This document shows, one piece after another, positions 53,146 through 64,000 of a stretch of DNA of 64,000 nt. Below the pieces are notes generated by a model. The model worked only from the letters and a program-made list of their open reading frames with translations. It was not told the origin of the DNA and ran no database searches. Each line of letters begins with the position of its first letter. The first letter of the stretch is position 1. A program made the position numbers and the translations under genes. The DNA comes from Yuukianura sp. NJ FZ-2021 (lineage: Eukaryota): contig CM102289.1 of NCBI GenBank assembly GCA_046563655.1, forward strand, positions 2,418,001 to 2,482,000, read 5' to 3'.

Positions 53146-54060
53146 TAATTCTCAGTTTATGACCAACAATATTCCCATGTGAAAACCGTAAGATTACTTA
53201 AATTGACTAGTTTTGTAACGTTGAAAATCGTTTCCTTAATAATTAATTAGAATACAGAACAATCGTCACAAAAAAGTATTCACCTTTCCTCGTCAGATTT
53301 TGCGATAAATTTAATTTACCAAAAGAAATGTTTAAAATATAAAAAACATTAATTCTGGTTTTATGACCAACAATTCTTCCTGTGAAAACAAATTAGGATT
53401 CCTTACACATTGCTCAGTTTTGTAGCGTTGAAATTTTTTTTCTCAAAAAATAATTAGAACAGAGAACATGTACCTATTATAAATCAGTATTCACCTTTCC
53501 TTGTCAGATTCTGCGATAAATTTACCAAAAAAAAAAATTTTAAATATAAAAAACATTAATTCTGGGTTTATGACCAACAATTTTCCCGTGTGAAAAGAGT
53601 GTAGAACACCTTACATTGCTCAGTTTTGTAACGTTGAAACCTTTTTCCTAAGGAATAATTATAATAGAGAAAATGCATTTTATAATAGAGAAAATGCATT
53701 ATAAATAAGTATTCACCTTTCCTCGTCAGATTCTGCGATAAATTTGCCAAAAAAATTTTTAAATATAAAAAACATTAATTCTGGGTTTATGACCAACAAT
53801 TTTCCCTTGTGAAAAGAGTGTACTTCGCCTCCCCTAATGTGCTCTTATGGAGAAAAAGTACATAAGGCCCCATTTCGGGGTTTCTATTCCCTAAACTTTT
53901 GAAATCATAAAGATACCTGACAATGCTCAGTTTTGTAACTTTGTAAATTTTTTTCTTAATGAATAATTAGAATAGACAAAATGTATTATAAATAAGTATT
54001 CACCTTTCCTCGTCAGATTCTGCGACAAATTTAAAAAAGAAATGTGTAAAGTATAAAAAA
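53146..54060. repeat. Tandem array of four ~205-220-bp units upstream of the PKS
   Basis: TTAATTCT...TTATGACCAACAA recurs at ~53146, 53349, 53556 and 53775, and AGTATTCACCTTTCCTCGTCAGATT recurs four times. Unit 4 carries a ~90-bp insertion. Confidence 0.9.
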
Positions 54061-55053
54061 TGAAAAATAAATTTGGTCTACGTTAATAACACTACTAATA
54101 TTACTTATTTTTATTTGGATACTTGAAATTTGGCAACTTCTAAACAGTAGAAAAACAACTCTCCAAAAAAATAGACTATAATTATGTTAGAATTTAATCA
54201 AAAAATGCATGCCCAGAGTACCACTTTAGTGTGCAGATGACTGATCTATGAAAGAAAATACATAATTTACATAATCTGGAAAAAAAATTTACATAAGGCA
54301 ATTTGCAAATTGCAATACCTTACACACATTGCGAGATTTTGTTTTAGACTATTATCACGCTATTATTTTTTTATTGCTATTTGCTACGTTTTTTGAATTT
54401 TGTACTAAATCATTACTTTTCAAAACCTCCACTTTACATGGTTTTGTAATATTTGCCCCTTTTGGAAACATTTCCTGAGCACTTAACTTCAATTCGAAAA
54501 CTATGTCTGATAAGAAAGCATATAATTGTCTATGGTCGTTCGTTGTCGCTTTGGAAAACCAGAATTACGTAGTTAAGTGGCACAAGAGAAGTTTAGATTT
54601 CGATGAATAGTAAATTATCGCATTGGAAAAGTGGCAGCTTTGACACTTCATTAACTTCAGAAACGAGCTTGTACTAGAGGATGGTGAATAAAGTTGTAAA
54701 TATTTTTCAAAATGTATTTAAATTAAACTGTAAAAATCAAGATTAAATTTCTACTACGTTTCACAGTAAACTGGGCACTTTATCAGCCTTTACAACCTTG
54801 GCAGCTTTAATTGCTCAGATAAGGAAATTGTCACGGCGAATTAAGACTGAGCTTATAAAGCCAGGTTTTTTTATGAGGGAAAATCTGACTTGTGTTGGTA
54901 AGTTCGCGTATTGAACTTATAACAGTGACATTCAAACTTATATAACTATGTATAACGTAAAATATAATATAAAAATATGTTTTTTAGCTATATATAAAAT
55001 AATACAGTTTGTACTTATTCACATTTGAGTTGGTTTCTATTTAAGCAAAAAGT

Positions 55054-56452
55054 ATGTTAACAGCTCTCCAGTACAGGGTGTTCGTAGATTGTATTCGCTT
55101 CTATTGTCATTGGGGTCAACTTCCGTTCAAATGCACGGGAAAAGAGTTTGAGCTCGTTGAAAATAGTTGGAAATTTAGGTGTATCGTGGCTTGGTTCAAA
55201 GGATTCTGGGTAGTCCAAACCTATGTTGTTGTACTGCTCATCACCTACGAACATTATATAATGGGGGAATACGGGCTATTTCTGTTAAGCTCTGTTTTGG
55301 TCCTTGCGTGTACTGTTAGCGTCGCAAGTAAGTTCAGCGTTGAAACAAATTGGCAAGAATTCCTCGAAATCGGCAATAACGTGCGGACCCTCAATATGAA
55401 ACTTGGTAAACAACTACGCATTTTTTCTTAATTTAAAGGCAAGTTCCGGGTTTTCCAGGGCCAGCTGATGCAATGCGGAACGACAACCACAGCGCAAAGT
55501 GGTTATGCATATTAAAATATTGTTATTTATTGGATAACATTAGGTTCTGTAAACGTTTCAGGAGAACGATTCATGGACGGTGAACATTTTGCTGTGAATA
55601 CACTGCAAGAACGTGTTTTTCTTATACTCATGACTGCAGTTATCGCGAGTCCAGTTGTAGCGAGTTTCCAATGCATGTATATTATAATGAGTAGTGCGAA
55701 ATCACTTGCAGTCAAAATCACAGTAACGCTAAATATCGCTGTTGGGTTTGCAATTCTGGAGTTCGATGCCACCGCGACTGTACTACTGTTGTCGACGTCA
55801 ATTCAAACCATTAACGTGTGGCTCACATACTGCAGGCAAGTCATTGCTTTAGTTTTAATTATATACGTTAAATAAAATTGAATTGAATTGAATAAATATA
55901 AAATATAATATAATTTAAGTATATGATATAAACTCATTCGATTTTAGTTGTTGCAGTATTTCGTGGCCAGCAACAAACAACACATTTGAGGCATTCGATA
56001 ACAGTTTCAGCGTTTACCAAAGTGTATTCCTCCTCAACCAATTGTACAACAAGGCGTTTGGTTGTGGGTTTATACCAGTATTCAAACTAGTATTGGTAGT
56101 TACATTCAACATTAGCGTGTTTGCAGTTATCACTTTACGTGCAACACTACCAACGGTCATTGTCATGACTTTGGTCATGTACATGATGTTTGCTTTACTT
56201 TACATTGTGACTGGGGCTGTCCTTATGTCGCAAGTATACTCAACCTCAATGTCATTCTTCACTAACTGGAGGAGGCGCATTCCAGAATTTGGTTCAAAGG
56301 AGGAGAAAAGTTTGGCGGCAAAAAGAATGCGTTCCATGTCAACATTGCGGGCTCAAGTGGGTGGATTTTACCATATGGAGGCAAATGCCAAGCTAACGTT
56401 GTTTGACAACATTACGCGCGGAGTTGCGTTTATGCTAATTACTTTTAAGTAG
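55054..56452 (+). CDS. Gustatory receptor-like 7TM protein (3 exons, probable GC-AG second intron)
   Basis: Hydrophobic exons 55054-55405, 55562-55835 and ~55948-56452. C-terminal MSTLRAQVGGFYHME...LTLFDNITRGVAFMLITFK resembles GR TM7. Confidence 0.7.
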
Positions 56453-57317
56453 CACACTCCTCTGCAATAAAATATAAATCCCCGTAGATATAGAATAGAA
56501 AGCTTTAAATCATACAAGTGTACTATAGCATCTGATAACTAGACAGACAGGCACATATTACTGTAGGGAACTTGAACGTTAGAATTTTGGCGTTTTTGAG
56601 CTAATATTTCGGCAGTTTGTATGAAACTTTCGATAGGTACAACCTAGCGGTTAAGCGTCTGCTTACAAATTTCTTGGTACAGTAACATCCACGGTAGCTG
56701 TGTAGTTGGAATATAGTGGTGTACCATTTAAATTTCTATTCTATTGTGTGTGTGTCATATCAATTTCAAACTTGAAACTTAAACGGAATACACTCAATTA
56801 GTCTTCTTCAACATGTCGTAGACATGCGTCTCCGGAAGAGTAAAACCATTGAAAAATTAAAAGTTTAATTAAGCAATGCAAAACCATACTCACAATTAGC
56901 CAAGACGCAGTACGTATTGATCGATTTAATTTATTCACACCATATGTGCTGCCGGAAATCGCATGTCTGTATAAAATAAGAAATCTCACCATCAAACGGC
57001 GATCCGCAAAGCATGCGACTGAGATCCGCAAAGCTTGCTTTCATCCGCAGAATAATCTGACTATTCAGGGTATTAGTGTAACACACGAAAGAGCGGGCCT
57101 GAGCTGTAAACAATTTATTTCACAAATCACAAACACATTTTGCCAACTCTGAACTTTTACCAAAACAAAAGAATTCCTAAAGGTCAAGAAGCATAAAACT
57201 ACTAACATCAGAAGTAAGTGTACAAGTAAATTAGCATTTAATGCTTAACTATCTCTAGTCTAACTGAATTCTTATACCTATGAACAGCATCTTCAGCATC
57301 GAATCCAGTAGTCCACA

Positions 57318-58771
57318 ATGGCACAGCAGACGTTAAATACGGAGAGAGTGGAGGAAATATTGTCAGTGTCGGAGCCAGATACTGAGAACTACTTTCTAAC
57401 CCCACCTGTGGCGCCATCAAGTCAACAGCAAAAAGTATTGTCTGAATTCTCCACGCCGAAGTCATCTGGAATTAAACGGCTTCAAGAGCTTAAAACACAA
57501 CGCAACAGCCCAGCCCTTGCCGTACCAGCGTCACCATTGATGAAGCGTTTGGGTTTCGGTACAGGTATGTTTTAATCTGATAATAAAAACAAAGTAGAGT
57601 TTGTAATTTGCTTTTGATTTGATTTTAGGCGTTGGAGTTTATCTACTCGAACGGTCGCCAATGAAAACCGGGGAGATTCGATCACCGTGGGCAATAAAAA
57701 AGATTAACAAAGGCAATCTCCCTTCGAATGCCTTTAAGGAGCGACTGGAATACGAGGCTTCCATTCTCAAACAACTAAATCATCCTGTTAGTTCTTCACC
57801 TTTAAACATCTCCATTTCATTATCAAAACACTTGCCAAAACTTCTAAGGTTAAAAAAAACAATGAACTTGTTTGATTTTTGGAATTCCAGAATATTGTTG
57901 GATATCGTGGGTTTTCGAATCCACATAATGCCCAACCACTCCTTGCAATGGAGAGTGCCTCGTCTTGCTTGAGCGATTTGATTGAGGCTCGTGTCGACTC
58001 AGAGCTGTCACCGGTGCCTTTTCCGGCCAAGTCGATTGAAAAGGTAGCTCTTGACCTTGCCAATGCCTTAGACTACCTCCACGAGGAGAAGCGGATGATT
58101 CACGGGGACTTGAAGAGCGGAAATGTACTTGTGTTCGGAGATTTCCAAATCATCAAGCTGTGTGATTTCGGTGTTGCTCAAGAGTTGAGGTCAGATGGGA
58201 CTATAAACGGAGATGCATATGTTGGGACCCAGATCTGGAATCCCATGGAGGTCATTCTTTTCCAGAATGGTGAGTAGTAAGCGATATTTTCAGTGATAAC
58301 AGTATCGCAGGCGTAAGGCGTTGTTTGACTGATGACAATTTACACTGTAATTGCACAGGTACACCGAATTACCCAATTACAACGAAGGCAGACATTTACT
58401 CTTTTGGACTCACAGTGTTCGAAATGCTGGCTCTCCAGCAACCGCATATTCCAAATGAAGACGAGTTGGATTCTTCTCAATCTCAATCCGAATCGGATAT
58501 AAGCTTCGACGAATCAGCTTACGACGAACTGCTCAACCAGCGACTCGGTTTGACACAATTCACGCGCAAATACTTGAATTAATCAGCGCATATGTTGAAA
58601 ATCCAAACATTCTTTCCCATAGGTACGCGTCCGCCTTTGCCAGACTTTGAATTTGATTCTTCCTACAACAAGATCCTGGAGACATTTTACTGTTGCACTG
58701 AAGAAAACCCAACTAAACGTCCAACTGCAGAAGACGTCATTGCACTGCTCACCCTCATTACACTCAATTGA
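57318..58771 (+). CDS. PBK: PDZ-binding kinase / TOPK
   Basis: Family signature [24 protein letters not shown]...SPWAIKK, plus HPNIVGYR, IHGDLKSGNVL, KLCDFGV, YVGT and ADIYSFGL. Five exons. Confidence 0.92.
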
Positions 58772-59054
58772 AATTTAATCTTTTCCAACACAATTTATTA
58801 TTAATTACTTTTACTGTATTTTTCGTTACTTTACTTCGAGCCTTTCCAACAGCGGAGTATACGTTCAACATCCTATTTTACCGACTGTCCATATCGAAAA
58901 ATAAGTTATATTATAATTACAAACTTATTTATTCCATTAGCCAATTGTTCCGTCAATTTCTCATCCTAACTTTGTTTTAAGTTATTATAAAGAATGGAAT
59001 GGAGTAGCCGCTAGAACTTACACTTTGATACTGCGGTTCCATTTCAGTATTTGG

Positions 59055-61606
59055 TCATACTGAATCTGACCCAGTACTCTGGCTCGTAGCACTGAACTCC
59101 GCTTCCGCCCTTTCCGCCTGCCTTACGAGTTCATTTTCTACCTCTGGATCCTCTTCCTCAGTAAAAGCCTCAGCGGTGTTGTCATCAGCGCTGCTCCCAG
59201 TCGAACTCACCATTGATTTTTGCGAAGAGGCGTAAACCTTCACTGTGGTCGTTGGCACTATTGTTTAGCAACAAGTATGAATTTTAGTGTAATGATGAAC
59301 TTTAATGAGTCTTCGGATATTGATGTTATTCATACCATTGATTCTGGCCTTTCGACCTCTGCCGAGATTAACATTTTCACTTTCCTCGTAAAATTGATTA
59401 GGGTGCTGAATTCCACCTTCGACGGTTGCAGAGGAATGCGTGTATTCGAAATACTTTTGACAGGCAATTTGATAGTGCTTATCCTTCGTCAAGTTTAAAA
59501 TCTCCGTAATCCCTTTAGATCAGATTAAAAATAATAACTAAACTTAGCCTTTGGTGACATTTTTCCAAATGTTTTGTCGTATTTCATTTTAAGTTCGATT
59601 ACCGTTTTCCGGAATTTGAGCTGCTACGAGCCTTGACCTGAGCGGTGTGACATCAGAGTGACGGAATGGACACCCATGATGATCTCCAGCTCCTACAGCA
59701 GAAGTGATGATTTTCATGCAACTGTATGGTGTGTAGTCGGCTCTCTTTCCTTCCTTGCCATACATATGACGTATGTTATACAGATACTGCTTGTCAAACT
59801 GCAAAAAAAAAAAATCAAATCCGTCAATGAAAAGAATCAGCTGACTTTCACCATTGAATTGACGAAACAGAAAAACTGACTCGATTTGCATCCATTCCTG
59901 CTTTTTTGGTGAAGTTTGATCTCCAGAACTTTGTAGCATCCTCAATAGGAAGCCCAATCCCTTTCAGAAAGAGACCAAGTTGCAGTCTCCCAAAATGTTT
60001 CAAATGATGTTCTCGCTCGACGACATTGTACAACTCTTTCATACAAAGCGGGAAAGAATTGGAAGCTTTCTGAAACAACAAAAAAAATTTAAAATATCGC
60101 CACAAAAAGCCTAGCCTTGGAACTCTTTGAAGTGGGACCAGTATAGCTAAAAATCAAGTTCAAGGTCGGCTTACTGCAGGCAAATCCTGGAAGGTAACGG
60201 ATTCCCCGTTCTTTTTTGTGTCACCACCATAATTCTTTCCGGTGTAGCGTTGTTCAAAGTTGGTTAAAATTTGACTCAGACGATCATCTCGTTGAATTCT
60301 AGGAGCTGCTTTCTTTGTCCACTGAAAAGTGAGAAAGAATTTAAAAGTAAGTTAAATGTAACACGAGTTTCTTTTAATAATTGTCGCATTTATGAGTTTA
60401 TAGTGAACGACTTAACTGCAAGGGAGAGAGATAGTAATTTTCTGTATTGGGCAGCAATAACGACAATTAAATCCGAATATGAAACATAGGCGATTCCTTC
60501 CGTGAGAAAAATGCGGCGGGTACGGACGAGATCCAGCACAAAGGTAAACGGGACTTTGTAGTAGTCGAAGTCAGGAATGGTGTTCTTTTGGATTTTAAAT
60601 TGGGAGTTGCTGATTTCATTTTTGTACAGCTGGATTTCGGGATCACTGGCCTAAAAATAGGAACTTTTACATACAACTCGACTTTTACACTTTTAAAGTA
60701 ACTTCTAGATCCTGATGATTTCTAGTAATTTTACACAACATAGAAAGGAAGACATACCTTCTCGAATTGTAAATTGTTCTTTTCAAGGAATATTTCACGT
60801 TGGTTGCGACTACTAACGAAAAGAAACTTCAACCTGAAAAAATCCACCTCCATTGCTATGAACCACTTGCATAACTCTTCTGACCTTGAAGTTGAAATAA
60901 AAAAAGTTCACAAAATAAGCCTCAACACGGAAGAGTTGTGATGTAAACTACAAACCTCACCTGCAAAACGCCAAACGCAAAATATAATGAGAAATACAGT
61001 CATACTTCCGACACAAACATAAAGCTTCTTGGAAACGTTTAACTCGATCATCGTCGGTGATTCCAGAATTACCGTCTGTGACCTAGTAACATTCATTGCA
61101 CATAGTAGTTCATCTTTCAATTCACTCACGAGTCAGTAGAATTTTAGTATGATCGAAAATCAAAGCTTTGAGGATGAAAAAAATGTGTCAGACACTCACG
61201 ACTGCTAAAAATTGATTGAGATTTAACTTTTCAAGTTCTTTCACCACCGTTTCCTTCCACTCCTTCGAGTATTTGATATTCGAAGTTAAATTTACGCGTT
61301 CGATTGTGCGAAGAACTGTGATACAAAGGTTCTTATGGTATTAGTTAAATTCTAAGATAATTTTGATTTCATTTTCATTTCATTTCCAGAAATTATATTG
61401 AAATTTATCTGATTCTTACGTGTCAGACGATTGACTGCATACTCTTCGAATTCCTTCAGCGAAATGGAATCTTCCGGTGGATCCACATAAAAACTGAGAT
61501 TAGTTGGATACAATTTTTCCAATTCTGAGCTAGAAGCTGTAATTTTAATTCTGCTCTCGCGTCTTCTTGAGACTGCTGGTGACTGGAGCTTTGTCTTGAA
61601 CTCCAT
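59055..61606 (-). CDS. PRIM2: DNA primase large subunit (p58)
   Basis: N-terminal [23 protein letters not shown]. All four Fe-S cysteine motifs are present ([35 protein letters not shown]), plus [18 protein letters not shown] and HPNQFYEES. Confidence 0.95.
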
Positions 61607-62365
61607 TGCAACCAAGAAGTGTAATTCCTAAATCAAACCCAAATTCAAACATAAAACCGTGTCCGATTTTTCCTTGTGATACACAGTTATTTCGAGATTT
61701 ATAGCTGTCGACCTTACTTTATTTTCCTAGATAAAAAAAAACAATCAGCTGGATGCTGGATCCCATTAATTGCTTGGGAATTATTTTATATAGTTTAGAC
61801 TGTCAATACTTCTTTCTTACCAGAAATTGAATGTCAGTCACGTTCGCTGACAAACTCGAGAACGATTACTGATGAGAATTGACTTCACTGATTGTGTCGT
61901 GCAAATCTTCCGGCAAAAATGAACACATTCATCCCGCTCACCGACTCGCTCGCGCTCCTCTTTCTTTTCCCGCGCTGTCTCACTTAATGGTAATCACTAT
62001 TCCACTGACTTCCAGATTCCTCTGAATGGAAATCATCGATACGATACCAGCATAGGAATTTAATTATTATGACAGTTAACTAAATCTTATGTTATTCATT
62101 CTTTATTCATTCAGGAACATAAATTGAACAACGCCAACTGTTACATCAATACTTTTTGAAATTTATATTAGTTATGTTCCATAAGTAGCGAGAGCTAATT
62201 TATGCATTTGTTTTGTCTATCTGCCTGTCTGTCTGGTCGGTTGATCAACGTAAAATCTAGTAAAATAAATTTGCACATAGAGGATTGAAAAAGTTATGCT
62301 GAAAAAAATTGTTTTTCTGTCTTTCATGCCATGGCCATTGTTGAGAAGTTTAAATTCAAATCAAA

Positions 62366-63774
62366 TTAGAACATTTGTAGCAGCATAATAGTGTTGGTTA
62401 CGACAACTGAAAGAAATGTGAGAATAGTTGAAGAAGAAATGCCGTACAATTTCCCACTCCAGTACTGCATAGGCGTGAAACCTTGCAGAATGGCAAGTTG
62501 TCTCATTTCAAGTGCGTCACTCCCAACGTTGTTTGCAATTACTTGTTGCAACGATTCTTTCAACGTCACACCCAAAGTGTGAACTCTGCCCATGAGAATC
62601 ACCGCAGTGTAAAATCTAAGGGAAGGAACCAATATGGCTAATGCAAGAGGAGTTAACACCCCGCTCAGTATTTGGTTTGAAAATTTAGCAAATGCGTACA
62701 GTACACCGCACATGCTTGTACCCGCAGCTACGCTAAAGAAGAGAACAAAATTTGAGAAAATGGCGTTGAAGGAGGTAACAAGCTTTTGAATTCTTCGGTA
62801 CAAGTACAACATGCTCTTAAGGTTCAACATGCTCCTGAAGTTTGATGCGTTGTTGAATCTGGTTGAAATTCAATTTGTGGGGTAGTTTCATCCATTTGAT
62901 TTGCAAATGCGGTCATTGTCTGCAGACATTTTTCAATTCTTAAACAGAAAGTCAAGAATGCAATGTCACATACCCCAGAAGAAATCCAGATCAATTCAAC
63001 GAACAGAAACGTTTCTAATGACGTCAGAATGTAGATGGCGCTGGATGTAACTGAAGGTTCCATATGTTGTAACCCAAATAGCCAAAACGAATGCCCAACT
63101 ACCATTAAGCCTTCTGGTTGTAAAACCAAAATCAAAATGGGCAACAAGTATGTGATCAAGTTGAGTACGTTAAATCTCCGTAAAGTTATTCTTGCACTTG
63201 CCGAAAAGTCGCTCTCAACAGCGTCAGATTCAGCTACACCTTAAAATTTATTTATAAACGTAATTGCATTAATCCAATTTTTAATTTTAATAAAATTTCA
63301 ACCAAAAAAAAGTTCAAATTTTGGTAGCAAAATGGTCATACCTGAGCTCCACTTTTTGAATTCTTGTTCCTGAGGGTGCCAGTTGTTTAGAAATGTGACA
63401 AGCTTACTTAAATATCTTCTCAGTGTTAGAATCCACACAATAAAAGCTACCAACATTATTGCGAAGATAATAGAAACTACATTTATGTGTGGATGGCTAT
63501 CTTCCGATAGGTAGCTTGGAAGAAACCGCCAAAAAAAGAGCAAACATCGTACAATAATGTAGCAGTGGACGACAAACGCAAAAGTTGTCCAGAATTTGCT
63601 CTGACTCTGCCGCACTCCGATGAATACTTTTTCCGTTTTCTCAGTTTCTGGTAAAGTGGTCCATGCCTGTTGTTCATGCTTTGGCGGAGCGTAGATAAAT
63701 TCCAGTGGTAAAATTCCCGCCAATCGTTGTAAACTCATAATGAAAATACTATGCTCCACTGCTGATTTATCCAT
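62366..63774 (-). pseudogene. Gustatory receptor-like 7TM gene with an apparent frameshift near 62830-62880
   Basis: Exon 63774-63342 (LQRLAGILPLEF...) splices to 63239. That frame stops at 62824, while TM5-TM7 (...SGKLYGISSSTILTFLSVVVTNTIMLLQMF) continue in another frame. I found no phase-compatible GT-AG intron to bridge them. Confidence 0.6.
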
Positions 63775-64000
63775 GTTAAAATGGCAAATTTCAAAAATTC
63801 AAATATTTCAAAAGTTTAAACTTTTAAACAAAAGATGGCAAAATACTTTTTACGAATTCAATTTCGAAACGTTTGTATTTTTAGTTTTAGAACTAAACGT
63901 CGTGTGTAGTTGGTGCTTAAAGTGCAAATGTGAGCAGCATTTTTTTGCGGCTTTCTAATAAAGTGAATGCTTTGTCTACAGTAACAAAAGACTTCTGCAA

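Noticed and set aside
53146..54060. CRISPR array
   Set aside because: Whole ~205-bp units repeat, including the intervening sequence, and the context is eukaryotic.

Overview
AT-rich eukaryotic genomic DNA with short spliceosomal introns, so the ORF track shows exon fragments. It is most likely an arthropod; a springtail-like hexapod is my inference from the gene families. Gene models rebuilt by hand from splice sites, left to right: a partial tyramine receptor (TyrR/TAR2-type GPCR, minus strand); a gene-poor, TE-rich stretch; an 848-aa GPCR with a ~500-aa LRR-like ectodomain on an FMRFamide-receptor-like 7TM; two tandem RING-H2/coiled-coil genes; a carboxylesterase lacking its catalytic serine; a HEPN(DZIP3-like)-TPR protein ending in a CaaX box; a small 4-TM protein; an EPHX4-like hydrolase; a lipocalin-like secreted protein; three gustatory-receptor-like genes; a 2546-aa intron-containing single-module type I PKS (KS-AT-DH-cMT-ER-KR-ACP) with bacterial-style motifs; PBK/TOPK; and PRIM2. 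Mobile elements include a 948-bp fold-back element with TAT..ATA ends and a 6-bp TSD, a 5'-truncated L1/Tx1 copy, a tRNA-derived SINE, several MITEs, and a ~205-bp tandem array upstream of the PKS. The strongest leads are the PKS (possible horizontally acquired synthase, with a Tyr-to-His KR and no release domain), the HEPN-TPR-CaaX protein and the LRR-GPCR. All family assignments come from motif recognition by eye; no searches were run.
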